Part shown: positions 41,497 through 51,200 of the stretch, in pieces
Position numbering within the stretch: position 1 is the first letter of the stretch
Layout: each line of letters starts with the position of its first letter
Assembly (NCBI GenBank): GCA_049591535.1
Contig: JBAWFC010000008.1
Coordinates: 9,791-73,790, forward strand
Origin: Thermoplasmata archaeon
Lineage (GTDB): Archaea > Thermoplasmatota > Thermoplasmata > Lutacidiplasmatales > UBA184
Length of the DNA: 64,000 bases
Direction: 5' to 3'
The notes under the pieces: generated by a model
Told to the model about the DNA's origin: nothing
The model's database searches: none
Seen by the model: the letters and a program-made list of their open reading frames with translations, nothing else
Made by a program: the position numbers and the translations under genes

Positions 41497-43827
41497 ATGG
41501 TTTTCCAGTTACGGGGACGTCCGTCTCTCCGGCGGGGCACCGCGATCGTTTCGGTCGTCGCGGTGGCGCTGGTGCTCACGCTTCCGTCGCTCGATGCGAA
41601 GGACAGTTTTTCGCCGTTCCGCTTCCCCGGGCCCGGCGGCGCGAACGACCGGGCGGCGGCAGGGCCGCCGGCGGTGCCGGTGACCGACGGCGAGACGATC
41701 AACATCACCACCCCGATCGCCGCCACCCTCAGTGACTCGATCACCTTCGGCGCGAGTACCGGCTCGAGCCGTAGCTACACGATCCATCTCTCCGTGAACG
41801 CCTCTGATCCCGTCGTCTCCGTCCTTCTGGAAACCTATCCGATCACCCAGTGGGGCCTCCCGAACCAGTTCCCGGGGGGTCCGGACAGCCTTCCGGCGCT
41901 CAACCTCTGGACCTGGAACGTCTCGGACAACGGGATCAACGTGACGTCGTTGTTCACCGCGACCTCCTGGGACCAGCAACTCTCGGGACTCGTCAGCTGG
42001 GTGAACCAGACCGTCTGGGTCCGGGGTACGAGCTCGCCCGACGTCGCCGTCGAGGTCAACCCGACCGAAGCCGACGGCACGACCGCCCCCGGGGATGGAT
42101 TCGTCCTGAACACGCCGGGGGTCGTGGGAGGGGTACCCGCCAACGACTCGACGTTCACCTCGGTGGCGGCGGCGCTGAACCCGGAGATCGTCCGCTTCAG
42201 CACCACGCAGGCGTCGACGAGCGTGAGCTGGAACACGCTCACGAACCAGCCGAAGTACAACTTCACCTACTTCGACAAGCTCGTCAATTTCACCCGCCAG
42301 GTGGGGGGCCAGATCCTGCTCTCCCTACCCGCGGGGACGTGGGGGGACGGCAACCTCTTGCCGACCGGAATGCCCGTCAACGAATCGATCGTCGTCCCCG
42401 GCCCAGGGCAGACCGGCTACTTTCCCAACGATACGGCCTGGACCCAGTACGTGGAGGGGATCGTGAACCACACAATCGCCGCGGGGGAGACCGTCAAGTA
42501 CTGGTCCATCGGGAACGAGTTCCCGACCGACAACCAGTCGCTCGTCGCCGGGTACATCAACCTCTTCAACATCGCCGAGAAGACGATCCACGCGAAGCTC
42601 CCCGGGGCACTCGTCGGTTCGGACGTCATGACGAACACGACGTTCGAATCGTACTTCGCAACCCATGCCCTACGGGTGGGGTTCCTCTCCCTCCACTACT
42701 ACCCGTCCGCCGGCCTCTGCTTCGTCAACGGCACCTACTGCCCGCCGGACGGGTCGCCGAACGGCTCGACGGACGAGTCGCTCCTCTCCCATCCCGCCTA
42801 CGAATACCTGACCACCACGAACTCCCCGGACTACGCCCAATCCCTGTGGCACGCCGACACCGGCCAGTGGTTGCCGATCTTCAACACGGAGACGAACCTC
42901 AACGCCTACGGGGGCTCCTACGGGACGCTCTCGATCGGCACCGACCCCCGACAGCAGACCCTCTTCGGCGCGAGCTGGGCCGCCTCCCTCATGATCGACA
43001 GTGCCCGCCAAAACGTCTCGGGCGTCACGTTCTTCGCGATCAGCAGCGGCTGGGAGGTCCCTGCGACCGCGACCGCCCCGTACGGCGGATTCGGGTTCGG
43101 CCTGACAACGGAGGACGCCAATGACGGGAACACGCTCTACGCCCCGTATCTCGCGCTCAAGCTGTGGGGCCAATCGATCCCCACGGGGGCCCCCGGCCTC
43201 TGGACGAACTCCTCGGCCCCGGTGACGGTCTACAGCTACGCGGCGATGGACGGGGCCAACCTCTCGGTGTTCCTGGTCAACCGGGCGAACGTCCCGGTGT
43301 CGATCCAGCTCATCGTGACGAGCGGGAACTTCTCGCTCGCGTCGCTCTCGACCCTCGACCAGCGCAGCTACGACGAGGTCTACGAGCCGGCCCTGAACCA
43401 GACCGTGATCAAGTCCGACGGGGTGTCCGTGACCCACCCCGCGAACCACTCGACGATCCTCCTCGACGGCTACGGCGTCGCGGTGGCGCACTTCGCCCCG
43501 CCCGCGCCCCGGACCAACCAGACGAACAACGGCACCAGCAATCAGACCGGTCGGGGGAACGGCACCGGAAACGGCACGGGAAACGGTACGGGCTCGGGCG
43601 GTCACCCGGGGAACAACGGAACAACGAACACCACCGTTCCGGGCACGGACGCCCCGCGCTCCGGCTCCACCGTCCCGGCGGGATGGGAGAACCTTCCCTA
43701 CAGCTCGCTCCTGCTGGTCGCGACCGTCCTCGCGTACGGGGTGCTCATCGGCGTGTGGATCGGGTGGTGGCGACCGGTCGTCTGGAAGGCGCGGAACTCC
43801 CCGCGTTCCCGCAGTCGCCGCCGATAG
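41497..43827 (+). CDS. Membrane-anchored extracellular glycoside-hydrolase-like protein (clan GH-A, GH39-like), copy 2
   Basis: It is colinear with copy 1, with YWSIGNEFPT, FLSLHYYPS and FNTETNLN. I count about 29 N-x-S/T sequons by eye. The C-terminal TM is LLLVATVLAYGVLIGVWIGWW plus an RSRSRRR tail. Confidence 0.8.
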   Translation: MVFQLRGRPSLRRGTAIVSVVAVALVLTLPSLDAKDSFSPFRFPGPGGANDRAAAGPPAVPVTDGETINITTPIAATLSDSITFGASTGSSRSYTIHLSVNASDPVVSVLLETYPITQWGLPNQFPGGPDSLPALNLWTWNVSDNGINVTSLFTATSWDQQLSGLVSWVNQTVWVRGTSSPDVAVEVNPTEADGTTAPGDGFVLNTPGVVGGVPANDSTFTSVAAALNPEIVRFSTTQASTSVSWNTLTNQPKYNFTYFDKLVNFTRQVGGQILLSLPAGTWGDGNLLPTGMPVNESIVVPGPGQTGYFPNDTAWTQYVEGIVNHTIAAGETVKYWSIGNEFPTDNQSLVAGYINLFNIAEKTIHAKLPGALVGSDVMTNTTFESYFATHALRVGFLSLHYYPSAGLCFVNGTYCPPDGSPNGSTDESLLSHPAYEYLTTTNSPDYAQSLWHADTGQWLPIFNTETNLNAYGGSYGTLSIGTDPRQQTLFGASWAASLMIDSARQNVSGVTFFAISSGWEVPATATAPYGGFGFGLTTEDANDGNTLYAPYLALKLWGQSIPTGAPGLWTNSSAPVTVYSYAAMDGANLSVFLVNRANVPVSIQLIVTSGNFSLASLSTLDQRSYDEVYEPALNQTVIKSDGVSVTHPANHSTILLDGYGVAVAHFAPPAPRTNQTNNGTSNQTGRGNGTGNGTGNGTGSGGHPGNNGTTNTTVPGTDAPRSGSTVPAGWENLPYSSLLLVATVLAYGVLIGVWIGWWRPVVWKARNSPRSRSRRR
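43555..43593 (+). repeat. In-frame tandem repeat encoding (GNGT)x3 within a sequon-dense stalk
   Basis: The codons ggg aac ggc acc / gga aac ggc acg / gga aac ggt acg ggc were read directly. The flanking sequence encodes NQTNNGTSNQTGR...NNGTTNTT, immediately before the C-terminal TM helix. Confidence 0.8.
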
Positions 43828-43941
43828 GGCGCTCCCGCCGACCGGAACCCTTCTGCCCGACCCGATTCTGGGGGCCGTCCCCGGTCTAAAATACTCGCGC
43901 CGGGCTCTCACGCCGCCAAGGCGTTCCCCGGGCGACCTTCG

Positions 43942-45855
43942 ATGACGACCCTAACCCCCGCGAGGACTCGGCCCGCGTCGACCCTCGCCCGGCCGACCCG
44001 GTACCGATGGGAGATACCGGTCCTCGGCGTGGTCCTGATCTCGCTCGTTCTGACGTCCGCGGGCCCCGTCCTCGGAGAGGGGTCTGCCGGTTCTCCCCCC
44101 GGAGTCCCGGGTCCGATCCGTGGCGGAACCGGATCGGAGCCCCTGCTCGCACCGGCCCCCCCTGGGTGCGCTCCGCCGGGGGCCGAGTCGTCCGAATGCC
44201 GGGAGTCGAGCGTGCCGGCCGCATCGCCCGGGTGGACGAACCTGACCCCGCTGCTCACGGTCTCTCCGCCGGCCCGGAGGGACGGGGCGGTGGCGTACTA
44301 CCCGCCGGGGGGCTCGATCGTCCTCTTCGGAGGGGAGACGGCGAGCCGTACCCTGGGTGACACCTGGTCGTTCTCGAGCGCCAGTTGGACGGACGTCACG
44401 TCCCCGGCTCCGAACGGAACCAATACGCCGAGCGCACGCTTCGGCGCGTCGATGGCGTGGGATCCGACGCTCGGGGCGCTGGTCCTCTTCGGTGGGCACG
44501 GGACTGCATTCGACAACGATACGTGGGAGTGGAACGGGCACTGGAACCTCGTCCCGAGCAGCGGTCCCGCGCCCCCGGCCCGTGACTTCGGGGCGTTCGC
44601 GTTCGACCCGACGATCAACGCCCTCGTCCTCTTCGGCGGGAATTCGCTCGGGGGGCCGCTCGGGGACACCTGGGAGTTCACGTCGAGCGGTTGGCAGAAC
44701 CTCACGTCGGCGCTCGGAGTGGCGCCGAGCGCGCGGTATTCTGCCGGCATCGCGACCGACGTGGCCGACGTCGAGCTGGTCCTCTTCGGGGGATACGGCG
44801 GGCTGGGGTTCGACCACGACACCTGGACGTTCAGCGGCTCCAACTGGACCGAGCTCGCGCCCACCGTCCATCCCGGGGCGCGGAGCGACCCGCAGATGAC
44901 GTACGACAACGTGACGGGGGCGGTCTTGCTGTACGGCGGCGTCAACCCGTCCTCTTCGGGGGCCCGCTGGGGCGACCTGTGGACTTTCTCCGGCGGGAAC
45001 TGGACCGAGCTGTCCGGATCCGAGAACAGCACGCTGCCGGCGCGCTCCGGCGCGAGCTTCGCGGAGCTCCTCACGACCAACGCCCCCGGAGGGGAGATCG
45101 TCCTGTTCGGGGGATGGGAGAACTCGACCCAGGTTCTCGGCGACACCTGGCTCTACGGCGCGACGCTTCCGCTGGGCGCGACCCCCCCGTTCTCTTCCGG
45201 GTACATCTACGATGTAGGCGAAACGATCACGATGTCGGTGGCCGTGGTGGGAGGGACCCCGCCGTACTCCTACACCTGGCTGGGACTCGAGCCGGCGGGC
45301 TGCACGACCTCGGACGCGGCGAGCATCCAGTGCACTCCGTCCCCTTCGGTCGTGACCACGTTCGACGTGAGCTTTGCTGTATCGGTGACCGTGTCCGACC
45401 ACGCGGGGGGCACCACGACGAGCGGCTTGGCCGTCTTCACCATCGCCCCGCGGCCCAAGATCACCGTGTTCGAATCGAACCCGTCGAACCCGACCGAGAA
45501 CTCCCCGTTCACGCTGATCGTTCGGGCCACCGGTGGAACGAATCCGCTCAACTACAGCTACCTCGCGCTCCCTCCGGGATGCGCGTCCTCGGACCTCGCG
45601 ACCCTGCCGTGCCCCGGCACCGACGCGGGGGTGTACACGGTCCTGGTCACCGTGACCGACGCCGCGGGCGAGTCCGTGGAGGGCAATGCGACCGTGGTCG
45701 TGAACGCACCGGCGCCCCCTCCGCCGCCCGTCACCCCGTTCGACATTGCGCTCGGGATCGCGCTCGGCGTGGCGGCCGCCGCGCTCTTCGGCGTCGCGGT
45801 CTACTTCCGACCGAAGTCCCCGGCGCCCCCGACCGCCCCCGGCGGCGGTCCCTGA
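43942..45855 (+). CDS. Secreted Kelch-type beta-propeller protein with two Cys-pair Ig-like repeats and C-terminal TM anchor
   Basis: Six blade signatures are present: LGDTWSFS, DNDTWEWN, LGDTWEFT, DHDTWTFS, WGDLWTFS and LGDTWLYG. Two ~85-aa repeats follow (GGTPPYSYTWLGLEPAGC...C.P, and GGTNPLNYSYLALPPGC...C.G...YTVLVTVTDAAG). The TM helix is ALGIALGVAAAALFGVAVYF. Confidence 0.8.
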   Translation: MTTLTPARTRPASTLARPTRYRWEIPVLGVVLISLVLTSAGPVLGEGSAGSPPGVPGPIRGGTGSEPLLAPAPPGCAPPGAESSECRESSVPAASPGWTNLTPLLTVSPPARRDGAVAYYPPGGSIVLFGGETASRTLGDTWSFSSASWTDVTSPAPNGTNTPSARFGASMAWDPTLGALVLFGGHGTAFDNDTWEWNGHWNLVPSSGPAPPARDFGAFAFDPTINALVLFGGNSLGGPLGDTWEFTSSGWQNLTSALGVAPSARYSAGIATDVADVELVLFGGYGGLGFDHDTWTFSGSNWTELAPTVHPGARSDPQMTYDNVTGAVLLYGGVNPSSSGARWGDLWTFSGGNWTELSGSENSTLPARSGASFAELLTTNAPGGEIVLFGGWENSTQVLGDTWLYGATLPLGATPPFSSGYIYDVGETITMSVAVVGGTPPYSYTWLGLEPAGCTTSDAASIQCTPSPSVVTTFDVSFAVSVTVSDHAGGTTTSGLAVFTIAPRPKITVFESNPSNPTENSPFTLIVRATGGTNPLNYSYLALPPGCASSDLATLPCPGTDAGVYTVLVTVTDAAGESVEGNATVVVNAPAPPPPPVTPFDIALGIALGVAAAALFGVAVYFRPKSPAPPTAPGGGP

Positions 45856-47009
45856 GGGGACGCGGACGGGGCGGTCGGCGAAGGAGCGGGCGGCGTGAAC
45901 TCGACGGGGGGCGGCCGCCGACCGCCGGGTCGGGTCGCCAGCCTGAGGAGCCCGTAGACCACCAGTCCGACCGCTACGGCGACGGCCCCGACGGTCGCCA
46001 CCGCGAGCCACGCGGAGAGCGGGACGTCGAACAGCGTCGGGTTGGAGGTCGTCGCGTTGGCGATCGAGAGCGGGATCACGAACAGGAGGAGGGAGGTCGG
46101 AACCGGCGAGGAGAGGTTCTCAAAGTTCCATACCTGAGCGGTGACCATCTGAGGTCCGGTCCCCGAAGGGATCGAGAGGCCCCAGCAGTAGGGCAACGGG
46201 GTCGACGACGGGATCGTGGCATTCGCGGGCCCGAAGCTTACCTCGGTCGTCGCGTTCTCGACGAGCAGGCTGAATTCGCGACCGAACACCGGCCCCGTCA
46301 GACAGACGTTGAACGACTTCCCCGCGGCGAGGTTGTGGCTGCTCGTAGAGGCCAACTGGGCGTATTGGCCGGGGACCACCGTCTGGATGACCTCGTCGCT
46401 CGACGTGGTCGTGTTCACCGGGGTAACCAAGGTCCACGCCCACTCGAACTCCAACGCGATCGTCCCCCAGGGGTTCTGTGTCGTGACCGCCGCGGTTTGG
46501 GTAGAGAACACGGCCGCCGCCGCCCCGGCTCCCCCACTGCTGTCGAAGAGCGTTTCCGGGGGAACCAACGCGCTGACGTTGCTTGAGAGCACCCAACCCG
46601 GGCCCGTGATGTTCAGGTTCTGGGTCCCCCTCGGGATGGTGAGGGTGCCGTCGGCGACGGGGAACTTCGCCACCCCCCCGGGAACGCGAACGAGGAGCCC
46701 GACGTCGCTCGGGGAGTAGTTCCCTGGGACCACACGGAACTGGAACTGAACGTTCAGCTGGCCGGAAGCGGTGGTAGCATAGCCCGGCCCCTCCTGGAAA
46801 ATCTGAAGATACCCGCTCGGCTGGCTGGCCGCCGAAGGCGCCGCGGCGCCGGTGATGGACGCACGCAGCGGAGTGCCTCCCTCGGGGGCCGCCGGGCTCG
46901 GCGGGGCGGAAGCGGCCGCCGCGAGGGCGGAGCCGACGAGCATGAGCACGAAGGCGAGGGCCACCAGCGGGCGAGTCGGCACGACGTTCAGAGTCCGCGG
47001 GGCGAGCAT
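45801..47009 (-). CDS. Secreted, C-terminally anchored protein of unknown function
   Basis: The ATG at 47007-47009 gives MLAPRTLNVVPTRPLVALAFVLMLVGSALAAAAS (signal-like). The body is beta-rich with about 8 sequons. The C-terminal TM (WLAVATVGAVAVAVGLVVYGLL) is followed by a Pro-rich tail. I recognise no domain. The 3' end overlaps the Kelch gene 3' end by 55 nt (convergent). The upstream part of the tool ORF, to 47501, is discarded. Confidence 0.55.
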   Translation of the reverse strand: MLAPRTLNVVPTRPLVALAFVLMLVGSALAAAASAPPSPAAPEGGTPLRASITGAAAPSAASQPSGYLQIFQEGPGYATTASGQLNVQFQFRVVPGNYSPSDVGLLVRVPGGVAKFPVADGTLTIPRGTQNLNITGPGWVLSSNVSALVPPETLFDSSGGAGAAAAVFSTQTAAVTTQNPWGTIALEFEWAWTLVTPVNTTTSSDEVIQTVVPGQYAQLASTSSHNLAAGKSFNVCLTGPVFGREFSLLVENATTEVSFGPANATIPSSTPLPYCWGLSIPSGTGPQMVTAQVWNFENLSSPVPTSLLLFVIPLSIANATTSNPTLFDVPLSAWLAVATVGAVAVAVGLVVYGLLRLATRPGGRRPPPVEFTPPAPSPTAPSASPQGPPPGAVGGAGDFGRK

Positions 47010-47340
47010 AACGATGACCCCCGCGCCCGGCCCGGGACCGCATCGCACCGGGGCCCGCCGAACGAGGGTGTGCTCGAACGAGGGCAGGAGCGCGTTCCCC
47101 GCGGAGAGGGACCGAGGGCGAACGGGGAAGGGCACGGGCGGGCGGAACGTCCCCCGCGGCGAACGGGACTTGCGCGGGGGGGGCACCCGGGGGTCGCACG
47201 GCGGCCCACCGAAGGTCCCCGGTCCGATCTGGAGCAGCACAGAACCGCCGAAATCCCGCATTCGGTGAGTACGCATCCAAACGTATAACCACCCCACCCG
47301 CTCCGCTCCGCTCAAATACCCGGGCTCGTGACGTAGTACG

Positions 47341-48207
47341 GTGTTCCGGGACGCCATGAAACCGACGTTGCGCGTGTTCGTGGACTTCGACGGGACCCTC
47401 GTCGTACCCAACGTGGCGATCCTCCTGGTCGAGAAGTTCGCCGAGAACGGCGAGATCGTGGCCCACGAGGTCGACCAGCAGCTCCACAGCGGCCAGATCA
47501 CCCTTCGACAGGCGTGGGAGCGTCAGGTCGCCCTGTTGCCTCCGGATCGGTTTGACGAGATGACCCGGTGGGCCGTGGACAATGTACCGATGCGGACGGG
47601 CGCACTCGGGTTCCTTTCCCTACTCGAACGGAACGCGGTACCGACGGCGATCGTCTCGGGGGGGCTCGACTTCTACATCCGCGCGGTATTGGAGCGCGAG
47701 CATCTCGCGGTCCCGTTCGTGTCGGACTCGATCGACCGCTCGGGCCCCGGGGGGATGAAGGTCACCCACCCGTACGGTCACGCGACCTGCCGGTTGTGCG
47801 GGATCTGCAAGGCGCAGGTCGTCCGGTCTCCCACCCCTACCGCCGACCGTACCGTCTTCCTGGGCGACGGGAGCACCGACCGGTACGGCGCGGAGGTGGC
47901 GGACATCGTTTTTGCCCGACACCGGCTCAAAACGTACTGCGAGACGGCGGGGATCCCGTTCTTTCCGTTCGAAGACTTCGACCTCGTCCAGCACCGGTTC
48001 GAACGCTGGTTCAACGGTTCGGAACCGATCCCGGGCCCGCGGGCGATCGGTCGGCCGAATTCTCCCTGCCCCATCTCTGCGGGGCTCGCGCATCCCCCCT
48101 CGCCCGGACCGAGAGCGGCCGCCGGTCGAACCGATGGGATATTTACGCCGCCCGAATCCCTTGTCCACCCGCTCACGGAACGGAACGGGGGGCTGTCGCA
48201 AGGATGA
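47341..48207 (+). CDS. HAD-superfamily phosphatase (MtnX/phosphoserine-phosphatase-like subfamily)
   Basis: Motif I is VFVDFDGTL and motif IV is FLGDGSTDRY. A Cys cluster HATCRLCGICK resembles the MtnX-type CxxC. The start is GTG at 47341 or ATG at 47356. The stop TGA (48205-48207) overlaps the next gene's ATG (48204-48206). Confidence 0.8.
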   Translation: MFRDAMKPTLRVFVDFDGTLVVPNVAILLVEKFAENGEIVAHEVDQQLHSGQITLRQAWERQVALLPPDRFDEMTRWAVDNVPMRTGALGFLSLLERNAVPTAIVSGGLDFYIRAVLEREHLAVPFVSDSIDRSGPGGMKVTHPYGHATCRLCGICKAQVVRSPTPTADRTVFLGDGSTDRYGAEVADIVFARHRLKTYCETAGIPFFPFEDFDLVQHRFERWFNGSEPIPGPRAIGRPNSPCPISAGLAHPPSPGPRAAAGRTDGIFTPPESLVHPLTERNGGLSQG

Positions 48208-51200
48208 CGGGTACATTGGTCGGCAAATGGGGTCCTCGAAGTCGAATGACCGGCGCCTTCGCCCTCATCGGCGTCCTCGCGGTGGCGGTTCTGATGGTCC
48301 TCTCTCCCGCGGCCGCGGCAGGATCGTTCGCGGTCCCCACGTCGCCCGTCGGAACCACCACGCCCGGCCTCGCCGCACCGGGATCTACCGCGGCGTCGGC
48401 CGGCTCGACTTCGGCCCTCCCTCCCCCGACCTCGGCGATCCCTGCCTCACCCACGACCGCCTCCCCGGGCCTCCAGCCGAGGATCGTCCCGCTCGACCTC
48501 CCGGGACCCCATCCCGCCTCCTGGGGACCGGACGCGACCCCGCCCGGGGTCCCCTTCGCGAGCAGCGGGAGCGAGGTCGTCGACGCGGGCTCTATCGTCC
48601 CGGCGAACGCCCCGTCGTTCGCGGGCCCGTGCATCTCCGTCAACCTCTCCTCCGGCGACCCGGACGCGCTCCCGAACGGGTGCGTCGGACACGATGAGCC
48701 GACGATGAGCTTCTACTCCGACAGCCCGTCGAGCGGGAGCAACGTCACGTGGAACGTCACGCTACCCGAAGACCAGTCGGCGACCGCGAACCAGTCCGAC
48801 CTCTACGCTGCGGCGTTCTTCGGACTCGTCGTCTCCGACCCGGCCGCGTGGCTCGGCGAGTGCTACATCGAGGTCCAACTCTACCCCGACTTCAACTGGA
48901 ACTCCCCGTCGACCACCGTCAGCGGGGATTGGGCGGGTGCCGTCGTCGGCTGGCAGGTGAACCCGGCCTCGGGCGACATCGACACCTGCTTTTACAGCAC
49001 GCTCAACGTCACGGGCCACCCGGGGGAATACTTCTCCATGACCCAGGGCGACAATCTCTCCCTCGAGCTCCTCGGCTGGGCGAAGGACCCGACCGGTGAG
49101 AGCGTGACGCTCAGCGACCTCACCAGCGGGGTGAGCGCCAGCGTGACGCTCTACAACGCCACGGGCGGTTTCCCGCTGGATCCGGCCTTCAGCACCAACG
49201 CCTTCTCGAGCGCTCTCCTCTGGACCACCGGGGGCCAGCTACCGATCACCTTCGGCTTCGAGATCGGGCGCGCGGGCCATCCGGGCGGGGTCACGAGCAA
49301 CCCGTACGGGGGGTGCTCGCCGGGTCTTCCCGGTAAACCCTCGACCCCGTGCCCCAGTTACGACCCCCTGAGCTGGGTCAACGACACCCTGAGCCCGTGG
49401 CAGATCGACGTTCCGCAGTACTTCACCGCGACGACCCACAGCACCCCCGTGCAGGTCGGGTTCTCCTCGACGGTCGGTGCCTCGATCTACAACCTCAGCA
49501 ACGGCACGTGCCTCAACCGGATCGGGGGCGGCTACTGTACCTACCCGTGGTTCGGCTACGACTGCACGGAGTCGGCGTTCTCGATCGGCGCCACCGACTT
49601 CCCGGGCGAGGCCAACGATTTCGGGCAGTGGGGCGAGTACCCGACGACCGCTAGTCAGAACCTGCTCGGGTTCGCCACCTTCGCTCCACGGAACTTCTCC
49701 GTTCCGAGCTGCGGCAGCACGGCGACGGTCACGGTCGGTACCTCCGGGCTGAGTGGGGGCAGCGTGGACTTCCTCTCCGAGATCGGGGGATCGTACACCA
49801 AGACGGGCGTCACCGTCGGCCGGTACTCGATCGGAGCGATCTCGCCGGTCGGTGGCGGGTTCGCGGGATGGTCCACGACCGGCTCCGTCTTCGTCGTCTC
49901 GGCGACGAGCCCCTCGACGACCCTTCGCGTGACCGGCACCGGGACCATCACGGCGATGTTCACACCGACGCCGGCCCAGACCCAGGTCTGGTTCAACTCC
50001 ACGACCGCCTTCTCGTCGGTCCAGGTGACCGCGGGAGCGTACTTCACGCCGTCCACCCCGTCGACGACCGTCACGCCCGGAAGCTCGATCTCTCTGAGCG
50101 CGGGAGTCTACGGTGTCCAGGCGTCCCCGGCCCCGGGGACCCTCTTTGAGCGGTGGTCAGTCGTCTCCGGCGGCGCCGGCGCCGCGCTGGCCTCGACCAA
50201 TACCCCGGTCTCCTGGATCGTGGTCATGGGCGGCGCGTCCACGGTCGGGGTCGTGGTCGTGTACGCCGCGACGGCGGCCCAGGTCGTCGTCCGACTTTCC
50301 GGGTTCGGCAACGGGACCGTCTCCCTCGATGGGAACCCGACCGGACCGTACAACCCGACCACCGGGTTCTCGACGACGACGCTCGAGATGGCCCCGGGAA
50401 CGTACCCGGCCGTGGCGAGTCCCTCCGCGGGCTGGACGTTCCTCGGTTGGACCTACAACGTCTCCGCTTCGATGGTCGACTTCAACGCGTCAACGAGCGT
50501 GTCGTTCCTTCCGGGCAACGCGTCGTTGACCGCCGATTTCGGCGCCGACCTGACGACCCTGGTCAGTCCGGGAACGGCCGGCCAGCTGTCGTTCAACGGC
50601 GTCGGTCCGTTGGGGAACGATACGAACACGTCGGTGCTCCGGGGGTCCTACAAGATCGACGCGTTGCCGTTCGGCCTCCAAAAGTTCGAAGGCTGGACCG
50701 TCAGCAACCCCACCAACCTCTCGGTCACCAGCCCCGCGTATCCGATCACCTACGTTCAGGTGAACGGCCCGGGAAACGTGACGGTCGACTACGCGACCTC
50801 CACCGGCCTCACCCTTACTATCGACAACAGCCCCTCCGACGGGGGCAACGTCAGCTTCAACTTCCAGCTCGTCACCGGAGCGTCCACCGTGAACACCTCG
50901 GTGACGACCGGGGCGTACCTGGTCTCGCCGTTGCCGAACGTTGGGTGGGAATTGAACACGAGCCACCCGTGGACCACGAGCGGCCCGATCTCGGAAGTGA
51001 GCGGCATCCTCACGGTCACCGGCACCGACGGCGTGCTGACCGCCAACTGGGTGCAGGTCGGCTACCCCGTGTCGTTCGTCACCGGCTCCGGGGCGGATGT
51101 CAGCGCGCTGTTCAACGGTGTCGCGCCGGCGGTCCGGTCCGGCGGGACGATCCTCCTCCCGGTCGGTAGGTACACGCTCGAGGCCGTGGAAGGGACGAAC

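Noticed and set aside
43951-46011. 686-aa minus-strand ORF
   Set aside because: It is antisense to the Kelch gene, which has six clear blade motifs, and its translation is Arg/Gly-rich low complexity.
47568-48203. 5' extension of the giant ORF (tool start 47568)
   Set aside because: It overlaps the HAD gene in another frame and encodes Arg/Gly-rich sequence. A signal/anchor sequence appears only after the ATG at 48204, which forms an ATGA overlap with the HAD stop.
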